Shown one piece after another: positions 27,462 to 36,998 of a DNA stretch of 64,000 bases; positions within the stretch are counted from its first letter, which is position 1, and each line of letters starts with the position of its first letter. The notes under the pieces are model-generated. The model was not told where the DNA came from and searched no databases. It saw nothing but the letters and a program-made list of their open reading frames with translations. Both the position numbers and the translations under genes were made by a program. The DNA comes from Patescibacteria group bacterium. Its GTDB lineage: Bacteria > Patescibacteriota > Minisyncoccia > 2-02-FULL-40-12 > GWA2-44-9. Location of the stretch: contig JBBTYA010000001.1 in NCBI GenBank assembly GCA_038061995.1, positions 10,441-74,440 of the forward strand. The letters are read 5' to 3'.

Positions 27462-27809
27462 CTAGTCGTGGAACCCGCACATCAGAGCGGCGCGTTCTGC
27501 CGGAGTGAGCTTCGCGAGAGCCTTCTCTCGAAGCTTTGCCTCGGCTTCGGGGTTCTTGCTGATCTCGACGATCTGCGGAGTAAGAACGTAGCGGCCATCC
27601 GACAGCTTCAGAGCGAGCGTAGGCTTCACTTTACCGTCAGGACCCGAGTACCCGAGCCCGCTCGCGCCGAGTACCGCATCGTGATGCGTGAGGTGATACG
27701 AAGCAACGTAACTTCCTTCGTACGTTTCGGCAATCGCAGCGAAGATGGTGACAACTTCGGCAACCACTTGGTCGCCTTCAGCGAGTGGCTTCTTCTTCTC
27801 TTGGTCCAT
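27462..27809 (-). CDS. Hypothetical protein
   Basis: 115-aa ORF. Confidence 0.35.
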   Translation of the reverse strand: MDQEKKKPLAEGDQVVAEVVTIFAAIAETYEGSYVASYHLTHHDAVLGASGLGYSGPDGKVKPTLALKLSDGRYVLTPQIVEISKNPEAEAKLREKALAKLTPAERAALMCGFHD

Positions 27810-27890
27810 TTGAGCCTCCGCGCATGATGTACCACGATTTCAAAACACACGCAAGAATACATAGATGATCTAGATAATTAAAGAAATAAC

Positions 27891-28021
27891 GTGCGATATT
27901 CCCCTGAAGACCATTCGGAGCCCGAGCGGGCAGGGTGTCTCCGTAAGGAGACGAGCGAGGGCGAGTGAGACCGCGCGGTCCCGCTGGGACCGCGACGGGA
28001 GTCGGAAGGGGGATGTCGCAC
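27891..28021 (+). repeat. Structured repeat family, copy C (divergent variant). It has 13-14-bp inverted arms (gtgcgatattcccc / ggggatgtcgcac) around a core cattcggagcccgagcgg...gagcgagggcgagtgag.
   Basis: Shares the 11-mer tcggagcccga and the gacgagcga...gggcgag motifs with copy B. It lacks the tcgcagga hairpin and instead holds other GC hairpins (gtctccgtaaggagac, ggtcccgctgggacc). Confidence 0.45.
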
Positions 28022-28044
28022 GGATTTCGGGGGATTCTGCGCAA

Positions 28045-28075
28045 CATAAAACACCCCTTGCGGGGTGCTTTATGA
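28045..28075 (-). terminator. Rho-independent terminator after the RRM protein gene
   Basis: Minus-strand stem caccccgcaaggggtg followed by ttttatgtt. Confidence 0.45.
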
Positions 28076-28082
28076 CTAGTTC

Positions 28083-28394
28083 TTAGTAGGACGAGCGACG
28101 ACCTCCACCGAAGCCACCTGCTCCGCCTGCGCGGGGTGGGCGTGCTTCCATAGGGCGTGCTTCGTTGACGGTGAGTGCGCGGCCATCGAGTTCCTTACCG
28201 TGCCACATTTCGATTGCCTTTGCAGCCTCGTCATCCGAGCTCATCTCCACGAAACCGAAGCCCTTGGAGCGGCCGGACATCTTATCGATGATGACTTGAG
28301 CTGAAGCAACTGTTCCAGATTGCGCGAACGCATCACGGAGAGTGCTGTCAGTCGTATCATACGACAAGTTACCTACATATAAACGCTTTGCCAT
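28083..28394 (-). CDS. RNA-binding protein with an RRM domain and a Gly/Arg-rich tail
   Basis: RNP2 LYVGNL and RNP1 KGFGFVEM. Confidence 0.8.
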   Translation of the reverse strand: MAKRLYVGNLSYDTTDSTLRDAFAQSGTVASAQVIIDKMSGRSKGFGFVEMSSDDEAAKAIEMWHGKELDGRALTVNEARPMEARPPRAGGAGGFGGGRRSSY

Positions 28395-28557
28395 ACTGTG
28401 CGCGTTTTCCGATCGTCTTCTTCTTCAGAAGGCCTCAGAAAACACGAATTGTTTTTTATTACCGTAGGGTTGACCTTCTCGTCGAGCCCCCTACGTAATC
28501 GCAGGCTGCTACCGCGAGAGTTCCTACACAATCCCCAGTATATCACGAACGGCGACT

Positions 28558-30399
28558 TTACGCAAGCGCCTCTTTTTGGACGCGGCGGGCCTTATCGCGT
28601 TCTGTGCGAGAAAGATAGCGTTTTCGCATGCGAATACGCTCTGGGGTAAGCTCTAAAAGCTCATCATCTTCGATGAAATCAAGGGCCTGCTCCAAGCTCA
28701 TCAGCACTGGAGGCGCCAGGATAGTAACCCCATCGGAGCTCTTCGAGCGCATGTTGGTAAGCTCTTTACCCTTTGTCACATTAATCTCTAAATCTTCACG
28801 GCGACTGTTGAGACCAACAATCATGCCTTCGTATACTTTTTCACCAGGGCCCACAAAGGTACTTCCGCGACCTTGCGCGACTTCGAGTCCAAAAGCGACC
28901 GCCTGTCCCGCTTCTGATGCGATAAGCACACCATTGCGATCGCGTGCGAGCGCTTCTCCTACTGGGCGAAATTCAGAGAACATTGTGTTCATTACGATCG
29001 TCCCCTTCGTAGCGGTCATCAAAATGTTACGCAAACCAAGGAAGGCACGCGTTGGCATGAGATACACCATACGGCTATAGCCGTTGTCGTGGTTGATAAT
29101 GTTCGTCAGCTCTGCGCGACGCTTGCCGAATTCAGTAGTGATCGTGCCTACATACTCTTCAGGGACATCAACAGTAACCTCTTCTACAGGCTCCTTGAGC
29201 ACGCCGTCCATTTCTTTAAAAATAACTTCTGGCTTTGACACCTGCATTTCGAAACCTTCACGACGAAGCGTCTCCAAAAATACTGAGAGGTGTAATTCTC
29301 CACGGCCCGAGAGTACATATTCACCATTTCCCAAAGGATTCAAACGCATACCTACGTTCGTTTCGAGCTCACGCTCAAGACGCTCACTGATCTGGCGAGA
29401 TGTAACAAATTTCCCCTCCTGCCCCATGAACGGAGACGTGTTTGGGCCTAGGGTAATACGGAGGGTTGGCTCCTCAATAGCAATGCTGGGAAGTGGTTCT
29501 GGGTTGGATATGTCAGTGATAGTCCAACTGATGTGCGCTTCGGGAACACCGGTCACTGCAATGATATCTCCCGCGAAAGCTTCCGTTACCTCAGCTCGCT
29601 TGAGGCCTTGAAACACAAACACTTTTTCAATGGTGCTTACGTGCTGCTTACCTGTGGCGTCGATAATAGCGACGCGCTGGCCCGCACGGGCTGTGCCGCG
29701 AGCAAGGCGACCGATTGCATAGCGGCCTTGATACGTATCACGATCAAGTGCGGCAACCAGCATTTGCAGCGTGCCCGATACATCGGCTTTCGGAGCTGGG
29801 ATGTGCGCGACGATTGCATCAAACAGGGGCACAAGGCTCCCTTCGCTTTGGCGTTCCTCTGCGGTTGGGACGTGATCCCACGCCTTACCCTCACGACCGA
29901 TAGCATACACGATAGGAAAATCGAGGTGGGATTCGTTGTGTGCAAGCTGCAAGAACAGGTTCGTGGTTTCATCAATAGTACGAGGAATATCTGCGCCTGG
30001 TTTGTCGATTTTATTGACCACCACAATAACCTTTAAGCCAAGCTCGAGCGCTTTCTTTAATACAAACTTTGTCTGTGGCATGGGGCCTTCTTGCGCATCC
30101 ACAAGAAGGATAGCGCCGTCTGCCATGTTCAGCGTGCGCTCTACTTCGCCTCCGAAATCAGCGTGGCCTGGAGTGTCTACAATATTAATTTTGGTATCAC
30201 CGTACATGACGGCCGTGTTTTTGGCGAGAATAGTAATACCACGCTCACGCTCAAGCTCATTTGAATCCATAATGAGGTCTTGGCTCAACTCCTCTGCTTT
30301 TGCGTGGAAAGTGCCAGCCTGCTTAAGCAAAAAGTCCACGAGCGTCGTTTTGCCGTGGTCAACGTGTGCGATGATAGCGATGTTGCGAATTGGTTGCAT
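28558..30399 (-). CDS. typA: Translational GTPase TypA/BipA
   Basis: IRNIAIIAHVDHGKTT, DTPGHADF, NKID, and the EF-G-like domains II-V. The start was taken at ATG 30399 (MQPIRN), because the track's longer start is a TTG that overlaps a hairpin and T-run. Confidence 0.9.
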   Translation of the reverse strand: MQPIRNIAIIAHVDHGKTTLVDFLLKQAGTFHAKAEELSQDLIMDSNELERERGITILAKNTAVMYGDTKINIVDTPGHADFGGEVERTLNMADGAILLVDAQEGPMPQTKFVLKKALELGLKVIVVVNKIDKPGADIPRTIDETTNLFLQLAHNESHLDFPIVYAIGREGKAWDHVPTAEERQSEGSLVPLFDAIVAHIPAPKADVSGTLQMLVAALDRDTYQGRYAIGRLARGTARAGQRVAIIDATGKQHVSTIEKVFVFQGLKRAEVTEAFAGDIIAVTGVPEAHISWTITDISNPEPLPSIAIEEPTLRITLGPNTSPFMGQEGKFVTSRQISERLERELETNVGMRLNPLGNGEYVLSGRGELHLSVFLETLRREGFEMQVSKPEVIFKEMDGVLKEPVEEVTVDVPEEYVGTITTEFGKRRAELTNIINHDNGYSRMVYLMPTRAFLGLRNILMTATKGTIVMNTMFSEFRPVGEALARDRNGVLIASEAGQAVAFGLEVAQGRGSTFVGPGEKVYEGMIVGLNSRREDLEINVTKGKELTNMRSKSSDGVTILAPPVLMSLEQALDFIEDDELLELTPERIRMRKRYLSRTERDKARRVQKEALA

Positions 30400-30458
30400 T
30401 TCGAATAAAAAACCGCCGCGGGCGGGTCTTGCCAATACGAACTACAGTATACCATACT

Positions 30459-30492
30459 TCTTGAAAAAGACGAGGGGGCGTGTCCTATGCCC
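30459..30492 (-). terminator. Rho-independent terminator after the small membrane protein gene
   Basis: Stem gagggggc gtgtcctat gccccctc followed by tcttttt on the minus strand. Confidence 0.45.
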
Positions 30493-30504
30493 CCTCTCCT
30501 GAGC

Positions 30505-30669
30505 CTAACCCTTTCGGATCGCGTGCGTCAGTAGCCCAACCCCGCACACGAAACATGCAAGTGCAACCGTGTTGGAAAGTTGCAGGTCGCATGCGATGAA
30601 CATGCCAAGGCTGAAGCACACGAGACCGAAGCCAAGAACGCCACGTCGCTTGTAGAGCGCAAGCTTCAT
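30505..30669 (-). CDS. Small hydrophobic protein of 54 aa with a Shine-Dalgarno sequence
   Basis: GGAGGTG lies 5 nt upstream of the ATG. The translation is MKLALYKRRGVLGFGLVCFSLGMFIACDLQLSNTVALACFVCGVGLLTHAIRKG. It falls below the track's 60-aa cutoff. Confidence 0.35.
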   Translation of the reverse strand: MKLALYKRRGVLGFGLVCFSLGMFIACDLQLSNTVALACFVCGVGLLTHAIRKG

Positions 30670-30718
30670 ATCCCCACCTCCGCGCGTCTAGTATGCCAGA
30701 AGTCTGCTAGAGCGCAAC

Positions 30719-32341
30719 TTAGCTCTTTTTAATGTGATCCAGGGCGTACTGCCACGAGCCGCCTACCTTTTTCCCTGGGTTGAAGATATTGTGCGGGTCG
30801 AATATTTCTTTTGTGCGACGGAACAGCGCATAGACCTGCTTCCCATACATCTCTTCGACAAACGGCGTGCGGATAATGCCGTCGTTATGCTCTGCGGTAA
30901 TAGAACCGCCAAACTCGCGCACCAACGTATACACCTTTGATGAAAGCTCTTGAATGGCAATTTGTGTTTTAGGATCTTGCAGCTTCATGAGAGGAATAAT
31001 ATGAAAATTGCCGTTTCCAATATGCCCCACCATTGAGTAGGTGAGTTGATAGGGCTCAAGCATTGCAGTGAGTTGTGGCAAAAAATCTGCGAGGCGTTCT
31101 GACGGAACAATAATATCATCGATAAAAGGCACCGTTTGTCGTCCACGGATGTGGTGACGTAGTAGATTAAAGCTCTCGCGCCGAATCGTCCAATATTTCT
31201 TTGCCTCGTTCGCACTCTGTGTCATGCGCGTGCGAATACCAAGGGAGCGCAGACTCTTTTCTGCAGCCTGTGCGGGTGCGAGTGCCTCTGCGTCGGTGTC
31301 ACCAGAGAACTCAGCCAACACCACTAAGCGTGGCACGCCATGCGTAAGAAGCATCCACGCCTCCGGAATAAATTGGAGCCCCAGCGAAATAATATTGCGC
31401 GCACCTAAGAGCTGGACAAATTCCGGCATGAAGCGCAGCGCCAGCATAAACGTCTTATCATCATAGGATTCAAGGCTCTCTGGCGCATGCGCACGAAGCG
31501 CACCCACAACACCAGCCACGTCCGCGAGGTTGTCGATGAACGAAACGAGCAGTCGGCTAAACGGTTTTGGCTTTATGAGATCAAATGTTGTTTCGGTAAT
31601 GATGCCCAGCGTCCCCTGAGCACCCACCAGCACTTTTGCGGGATTAAATGTTTCACCATCCCACACGCGCCACAGTTGATACCCTGAGGAATTTTTTGAA
31701 ACCTTTGGACGTGCCTGCGCGATGAGATCTGCATTGTGCGTCACGAGCTCATACAGAGCACGGTAGAGATCGCCTTCAAAGTTTTTTTGCGTAAGCTTCT
31801 CCTGAAGCGCATCCCCCTTTATGGGACCAAGTTCATATTCGTTTCCATCAGAAAGCACAGCACGCACTGAATGCACGTAGTCTGCTGTTTGGCCATAGGT
31901 CAGACTCTTTTCTCCTCCTGCATTATTTGAAACCATACCTCCTATAGCACATAGCTCTCGCGATGCGGGATACGTTGGCATGATAAGTCCATGAGCCAAT
32001 GTTACTTTTTCAAAGTCACGATAAAAAACCCCCGGCATTGCCGTTGCTTGATTGCCGCGCACCACGGGCGTGGCACGAAACCCTGGCTTCATATCAAGGA
32101 CAATAGATGAAGAAAGGGGTCCGCCGCTCATGCACGTTCCTGCGGCTCGAGCGGTCAAAGAAACTCCTGCATGCTCCCGTGCATACTGCACCAGCTTTTG
32201 TACATCAGCGCTATCGCTCGGAGCTACAACAACCTCGGGCATCACTTGAAAAATACTCGCATCGCGACTTGCGATTTCACGAGATTCAGTATCAGTGGCA
32301 ACGGTACCGCGCACAAGTGAACGGAGGTCTTCAGCGAGCAT
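30719..32341 (-). CDS. FAD-linked oxidase (GlcD / D-lactate dehydrogenase family; FAD_binding_4 plus a C-terminal oxidase domain)
   Basis: PCMH-type FAD-binding region (VVAPSDSADVQKLVQYAREHAGVSLTARAAGTCMSGG) and C-terminal domain motifs. Confidence 0.75.
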   Translation of the reverse strand: MLAEDLRSLVRGTVATDTESREIASRDASIFQVMPEVVVAPSDSADVQKLVQYAREHAGVSLTARAAGTCMSGGPLSSSIVLDMKPGFRATPVVRGNQATAMPGVFYRDFEKVTLAHGLIMPTYPASRELCAIGGMVSNNAGGEKSLTYGQTADYVHSVRAVLSDGNEYELGPIKGDALQEKLTQKNFEGDLYRALYELVTHNADLIAQARPKVSKNSSGYQLWRVWDGETFNPAKVLVGAQGTLGIITETTFDLIKPKPFSRLLVSFIDNLADVAGVVGALRAHAPESLESYDDKTFMLALRFMPEFVQLLGARNIISLGLQFIPEAWMLLTHGVPRLVVLAEFSGDTDAEALAPAQAAEKSLRSLGIRTRMTQSANEAKKYWTIRRESFNLLRHHIRGRQTVPFIDDIIVPSERLADFLPQLTAMLEPYQLTYSMVGHIGNGNFHIIPLMKLQDPKTQIAIQELSSKVYTLVREFGGSITAEHNDGIIRTPFVEEMYGKQVYALFRRTKEIFDPHNIFNPGKKVGGSWQYALDHIKKS

Positions 32342-32819
32342 GGGAAGAATCTTGCCGCCAAGGACGGACAGTCGCTCCCGCGACTACCATACTTGCCGCA
32401 ACAAGTACAAGATTTTTTATAACAAATTCCCCTTCGACAGTCAGCGCAAAGAGTGACTCGCGCATAAACAGCGCTGGAGCAGATGCGAGGGCGATAAATG
32501 TTCCCAACATCTCTATCCAAAGCAACGCGAACACGAATCGCAACGCACGCTTGGTGAGTAAACCAATCCCCACAACAATTTCAAAGAGGCCGAGAATGAC
32601 CAAAAACTGCTCTAACGGAAGGAGTGTGTATGCGCTCTGTACCACATATCCAACAGGAGACATACCAAGAACCTTTAAGAGGCCGAACCATAGAAACACG
32701 ATACCGAGAGATATTCGCAGCAGAGACACGCCGTAGCGTTGGAGCCACTGCAGAATTTGCGCATCAATAGATTGCAGGAAGGCGTTATGCATGCGGTTGC
32801 GTAGGCGACTCTGTGTCAT
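32331..32819 (-). CDS. DoxX-family membrane protein
   Basis: Four hydrophobic helices and a LRISLGIVFLWFGLLK motif. The start is uncertain: 32819 or 32792. Confidence 0.6.
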   Translation of the reverse strand: MTQSRLRNRMHNAFLQSIDAQILQWLQRYGVSLLRISLGIVFLWFGLLKVLGMSPVGYVVQSAYTLLPLEQFLVILGLFEIVVGIGLLTKRALRFVFALLWIEMLGTFIALASAPALFMRESLFALTVEGEFVIKNLVLVAASMVVAGATVRPWRQDSSHAR

Positions 32820-33336
32820 TCTCGTCGGGCGCGTCTTTCTTCTCCTCCAGTGCATGGGGCACTGATGGAGCGCGTGGTTCGCGTTGCAATACAATAATAC
32901 CCACCACAATAAAGAGTACCGGCCAGATCACCGACCACTGAAACCATGCGAGTGAAAAGAACTCACGCAAGAAGGCAAGCGCACCCAAGGCGATGAACCC
33001 AACGCCTAAGAGCGTGCGGCGCTTGAGAATTTCCCGCTCACGCGCGCGCAAACGATCTGCAACGTCTTGAGCCCCAGAGCGCACTTCTTCAACAAAAGCG
33101 TGGACACGATCTTTCAAGGGCTCGCCCATACCGTGTTCTGCGTCTTGGAGTGGCAAGATGAACATGAGCGCAAGATAGAGCAAGACGGTAAACCCAAAAT
33201 CACCCACAACTGCGAGGATAATGAAGAGGAGGCGGATAAAAACAGGATCGAGATCAAAATACTCGCCCAACCCGCCCGCGACTCCACCGAATATTTTATT
33301 GACTCGCGACCGACGTAATGGTTGATGATTACTCAT
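32785..33336 (-). CDS. PspC-domain membrane protein
   Basis: N-terminal LRRSRVNKIFGGVAGGLGEYFDLDPVFIRLLFIILAV, matching the PspC domain. Confidence 0.7.
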   Translation of the reverse strand: MSNHQPLRRSRVNKIFGGVAGGLGEYFDLDPVFIRLLFIILAVVGDFGFTVLLYLALMFILPLQDAEHGMGEPLKDRVHAFVEEVRSGAQDVADRLRAREREILKRRTLLGVGFIALGALAFLREFFSLAWFQWSVIWPVLFIVVGIIVLQREPRAPSVPHALEEKKDAPDENDTESPTQPHA

Positions 33337-33337
33337 A

Positions 33338-34495
33338 TTAAGATGCTATTGTGCGTTTGAGCCAAATGGCGCGGTACCATACCATCGCGATACCACCGAA
33401 TACCGCGCACCGCATTGCCAATTGCGCCAGCCCGCCAAGCACTGGGATAAAGCCGATAACGCCTATAGTGAGTATACCAAGAGGAATAGTGTACCACGCG
33501 ATTGCGCCAAGAGGTTCTTTCCTTATGAGGTGCATGACAATAGTCCCCCATGCGACGGGAGCGAGTAATGACGTGACGACCCAGAAGAGCGCGTACATAA
33601 GTACCGCCATAACACTTATCGGAAGGCCGACAAGGATGATGGCGCACAAAAGGGCACCCAATGGAATGAGAACAATGGCTCCGATGCCACGCACCACAGA
33701 CCAACCCTTGCCCGCGAACGTTGCGTGCAGAATATCATGAGTGATGCGCGGAAATACATAAACAAATGCGTACGCCGCCACAAGCCACATGAGTACCTTC
33801 AGCGCTATGAGAGCGCCGAAAAGCGCGCCCGCAAGCGCGACAACTGTTTTCTCATCGGGAAGCGCGGCGGCACTGCGAGTATAGATCACCTCTTGTGCTA
33901 AGCGCGCGGACGGGTCAACCTCCGCAGGGCGAGGGCCGCGATACTCGATGCGTTGCCCAAGCACCGCACCCGCACCTATAGCAAAACGATCAGCCCTCAC
34001 AAACACCGGTCCATCAATAATGCCATTCACGGTCATATTCCCTCCTGTCATACGAAGACCGCCCATCACGCGGCCGTCGATGGTAATCGATCCTCCGGCC
34101 GCAAGCACGCTCCCAGAAATAGTTGCATCGCGTGCAATGTGTACCTGTCCACCAGCGATAGCAAGGTCACCCTTCACTACTCCCGTGATAACGGTCGTGC
34201 CCCCAAGAATGCGGATGTCATCGCCGACCGTTCCTGCGATTGTGACGGTGCCGCCAGCAGCAAGCACATCATCACGAACAGCGCCGCCAATACTTACCGT
34301 ACCGCCGACAACCGAAACATCACCGTTCACCGTCGCGCTCACGCTCACCGTACCGCCGACTCCATATACATCTTCATTCACTGGCTGAAGTGGCGCAAGA
34401 ACATATGACTCGCCAGCTCCTATTGTGGCAGCTATTGCAGAGTACGGGACGAAAAGAATCGCGAGAGCGCTTACGAAGATAAAAAATCGTTTCAT
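33338..34495 (-). CDS. Polymer-forming cytoskeletal (bactofilin/CcmA-like beta-helix) protein with a signal peptide and a C-terminal polytopic membrane domain
   Basis: Repeated GDVSVVGGTVSIGG / GGTVTIAGTVGDD beta-helical repeats, then several TM helices. Confidence 0.5.
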   Translation of the reverse strand: MKRFFIFVSALAILFVPYSAIAATIGAGESYVLAPLQPVNEDVYGVGGTVSVSATVNGDVSVVGGTVSIGGAVRDDVLAAGGTVTIAGTVGDDIRILGGTTVITGVVKGDLAIAGGQVHIARDATISGSVLAAGGSITIDGRVMGGLRMTGGNMTVNGIIDGPVFVRADRFAIGAGAVLGQRIEYRGPRPAEVDPSARLAQEVIYTRSAAALPDEKTVVALAGALFGALIALKVLMWLVAAYAFVYVFPRITHDILHATFAGKGWSVVRGIGAIVLIPLGALLCAIILVGLPISVMAVLMYALFWVVTSLLAPVAWGTIVMHLIRKEPLGAIAWYTIPLGILTIGVIGFIPVLGGLAQLAMRCAVFGGIAMVWYRAIWLKRTIAS

Positions 34496-34541
34496 ATACC
34501 ACCCATTGTACGCCACGAAACGGCGCAACTCAATACACAGC

Positions 34542-35030
34542 CTAGGCCTCAGTCCTCAGATGACGATAGTGTTGACTCCACACCGCAAGCCAAACACCAA
34601 AAAGAAGCGAGGAGGTGAGCGCTGATCCCATGCAGTAGATGCAAATAGCGTCGATGATAAAAAGCTGAAGCACAATAAGATAGAGCGTAAACACCATGCC
34701 TATAGGGGTTACAAAGAGCGCAACAGAGAGCGGCGCCGATGTTCTCTTATGGAAGCTGACGAGTGCAGAAATCACAAAAAACGCGTAGTAGAACGCACCG
34801 AGTAAGGCAACGGGGATCGGCCCGATAGCCGCGTAGGCACTCGAAGTTACCGTTTCACAGCCCTCAAGAATACTGCAGGGCGGAACTCGGTTTATAAAGT
34901 GCATCAGTGTAAGGTAGAACGCATCGAGAAAACCGAGAAAGGCGATAATGATTACGGAGCCGACAATAGCGCGCGAAACCGTTGGCGCCTTTTCTGCATA
35001 TGCGTGATAGGTACGAATGATGTTATTCAT
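34542..35030 (-). CDS. Vitamin K epoxide reductase (VKOR) family protein
   Basis: CSILEGC and CIYC redox motifs within TM helices. The start was placed at MNNIIRTY. Confidence 0.7.
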   Translation of the reverse strand: MNNIIRTYHAYAEKAPTVSRAIVGSVIIIAFLGFLDAFYLTLMHFINRVPPCSILEGCETVTSSAYAAIGPIPVALLGAFYYAFFVISALVSFHKRTSAPLSVALFVTPIGMVFTLYLIVLQLFIIDAICIYCMGSALTSSLLFGVWLAVWSQHYRHLRTEA

Positions 35031-36264
35031 AACGAAGTGCTTCCATGGGACTCTTGAGTGCAGCCTGGCGTGCGGGGAAGAGGCCGAAGATAAGACCGAT
35101 GCCAGCTGAAACAAGTACGCCCATTACCATACCTGAAACTGGCAAGATAAATGGCATAGCAATGCCTGCGAATGTCCGCGCCGCAAACGCAGCAAAATAA
35201 CTCAGTGAGAGGCCAATAGCAATGCCGAGAATGCCCCCTGCAACCGTAAGAATAACTGCTTCGGTCAAGAATTGTAAGAGAATGTCATTGTTCTTTGCGC
35301 CAAGAGCTTTGCGTAGACCAATTTCACGCGTGCGCTCCGTCACGGAGACGAGCATGATGTTCATAATCCCCACGCCACCCACCACCAGAGAGATGCCGGC
35401 AACAGATGCGAGCAATAGCGTGAGAACGCTCGTAATGGTGCTGAATGTATCTGCGATCTCCGTTGGTGTTTGCACAAAGAAATCATCTTTTTCAGGGTCA
35501 GTAATATTGTGCATGTCCCGCAACGTTGCTTCGATGTCCTTCACCACCGCATCCATTGTTTCAGGGCTCGAAGCGGTCACGGCGATGCGTTGGATGTACG
35601 AAAAACCAAGGATATATGTTTGCGCGGTTGTATAGGGCATGACAATCGCGTCATCAAAATCAACAAATGGAGATTGCCCCTTATCTCCCAGCACACCAAT
35701 CACTCGCACCGATGAATCTTTCAGTTTTATTTTTTCACCAATGGCTGTAGACGACCCAAAGAGCTCTTTGGCAACATCTTTCCCGATAACTGCAATTTGA
35801 GAACGCTCACGAACATCGTAATCATCAAACATCATGCCCGCAGAAAGATCGAGGTTATAGAGCGGCACGAGAGCATCTGTCCCGCCAAGAACAGTTGCGG
35901 TGAATGCTTCTGAGCCATACGAGGCAACTGCGGGACCAAACACAAATGGCACCACACGAGTTGCGTCAGGAACATTTGATTTCTTACGTAAGGCTTCGAG
36001 ATCACGCTCTTTCAGCGAGTCGTCGAGAATGGTAAAGCCAAATCCATTTGGCCCACTCGGCTCACGACCAGGGATCACAAACACGTTTTGAGCGCCCAAG
36101 CCCTGCACTTCACCAAGAATAAGTCCTTCGGCGCTCTGCCCGATAGAGGTAACAAGCGTTATGGATGAGATACCGATCACGATACCTAAAATAGTTAAAA
36201 AGGAGCGCGACTTGTGTGTCGAGAGCCCCCGAAGCGCCATAGATAGTGTGTCGTGAAGAAGCAT
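35023..36264 (-). CDS. ABC transporter permease (MacB-like, FtsX domain)
   Basis: N-terminal TM helix, a large periplasmic domain, and the C-terminal FtsX four-helix bundle (RKALGAKNNDILLQFLTEAVILT). Confidence 0.8.
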   Translation of the reverse strand: MLLHDTLSMALRGLSTHKSRSFLTILGIVIGISSITLVTSIGQSAEGLILGEVQGLGAQNVFVIPGREPSGPNGFGFTILDDSLKERDLEALRKKSNVPDATRVVPFVFGPAVASYGSEAFTATVLGGTDALVPLYNLDLSAGMMFDDYDVRERSQIAVIGKDVAKELFGSSTAIGEKIKLKDSSVRVIGVLGDKGQSPFVDFDDAIVMPYTTAQTYILGFSYIQRIAVTASSPETMDAVVKDIEATLRDMHNITDPEKDDFFVQTPTEIADTFSTITSVLTLLLASVAGISLVVGGVGIMNIMLVSVTERTREIGLRKALGAKNNDILLQFLTEAVILTVAGGILGIAIGLSLSYFAAFAARTFAGIAMPFILPVSGMVMGVLVSAGIGLIFGLFPARQAALKSPMEALRYE

Positions 36265-36268
36265 AAAA

Positions 36269-36994
36269 TTACTTTTCAAATCCTTGCTCGGCGATAATGC
36301 GTCGTTTATCGATAACGCGATCTTCTTCAATCATACCGTCGCGAATGGATACCATGCGTTTTGCCGCCATCGCCACATATGATTCATGTGTGACCAGCAC
36401 AATAGTGTTGCCCTGGTCATTGAGATCTTGCAAGAAGCGCATGATCACTTCACCTGAACGAGAATCTAAGCTGCCCGTTGGTTCATCGGCAAAAATAACG
36501 CGAGGAGAATTGACAAGCGCGCGTGCGATTGCAACGCGTTGCTTCTGACCTCCAGACAGTTTTGCGGCTGCAAAATCGGAACGATTCGTAAGCCCCACTA
36601 AATCCACCATCGCCTGAGCGCGCTGGGTTCGCACGGGCTCAGGAACACCAGCATAGATGAGTGGCATTTTTACATTTTCAAGAACTGACTGGCGTGGCAT
36701 GAGATTAAATGCCTGAAATACAAAGCCCAGCATTTCGTTGCGCACCTGCGCAAGCTCTCCGTCAGAAAACGAAGTGAGGTTCTTACCCGCCAAGCGGTAC
36801 GTCCCTTTGGTAGGGCGATCAAGACACCCCAGGATCTGAAGCAACGTTGACTTTCCAGAGCCAGAGGGGCCAACAATTGCCACAAACTCCCCCTCCTTAA
36901 TAGTGAGATCAACGCTTGCCAAACCGACCGTTGTTACATCTTGTTCACGGTACTCTTTTCCAAGACCACGAACTTCGATGATAGGTGTTGCCAT
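36269..36994 (-). CDS. ABC transporter ATP-binding protein (MacB/LolD-like)
   Basis: Walker A GPSGSGKST, ABC signature LSGGQKQRVAIARAL, and Walker B IFADEPTGSLD. Confidence 0.85.
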   Translation of the reverse strand: MATPIIEVRGLGKEYREQDVTTVGLASVDLTIKEGEFVAIVGPSGSGKSTLLQILGCLDRPTKGTYRLAGKNLTSFSDGELAQVRNEMLGFVFQAFNLMPRQSVLENVKMPLIYAGVPEPVRTQRAQAMVDLVGLTNRSDFAAAKLSGGQKQRVAIARALVNSPRVIFADEPTGSLDSRSGEVIMRFLQDLNDQGNTIVLVTHESYVAMAAKRMVSIRDGMIEEDRVIDKRRIIAEQGFEK

Positions 36995-36998
36995 GCCT

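Noticed and set aside
4367-28021. The repeat family was considered as integron attC (59-be) sites
   Set aside because: attC-like boundary cores (RYYYAAC / GTTRRRY) are absent. No intI gene or promoterless cassettes are present. Copies sit in the UTRs of housekeeping genes.
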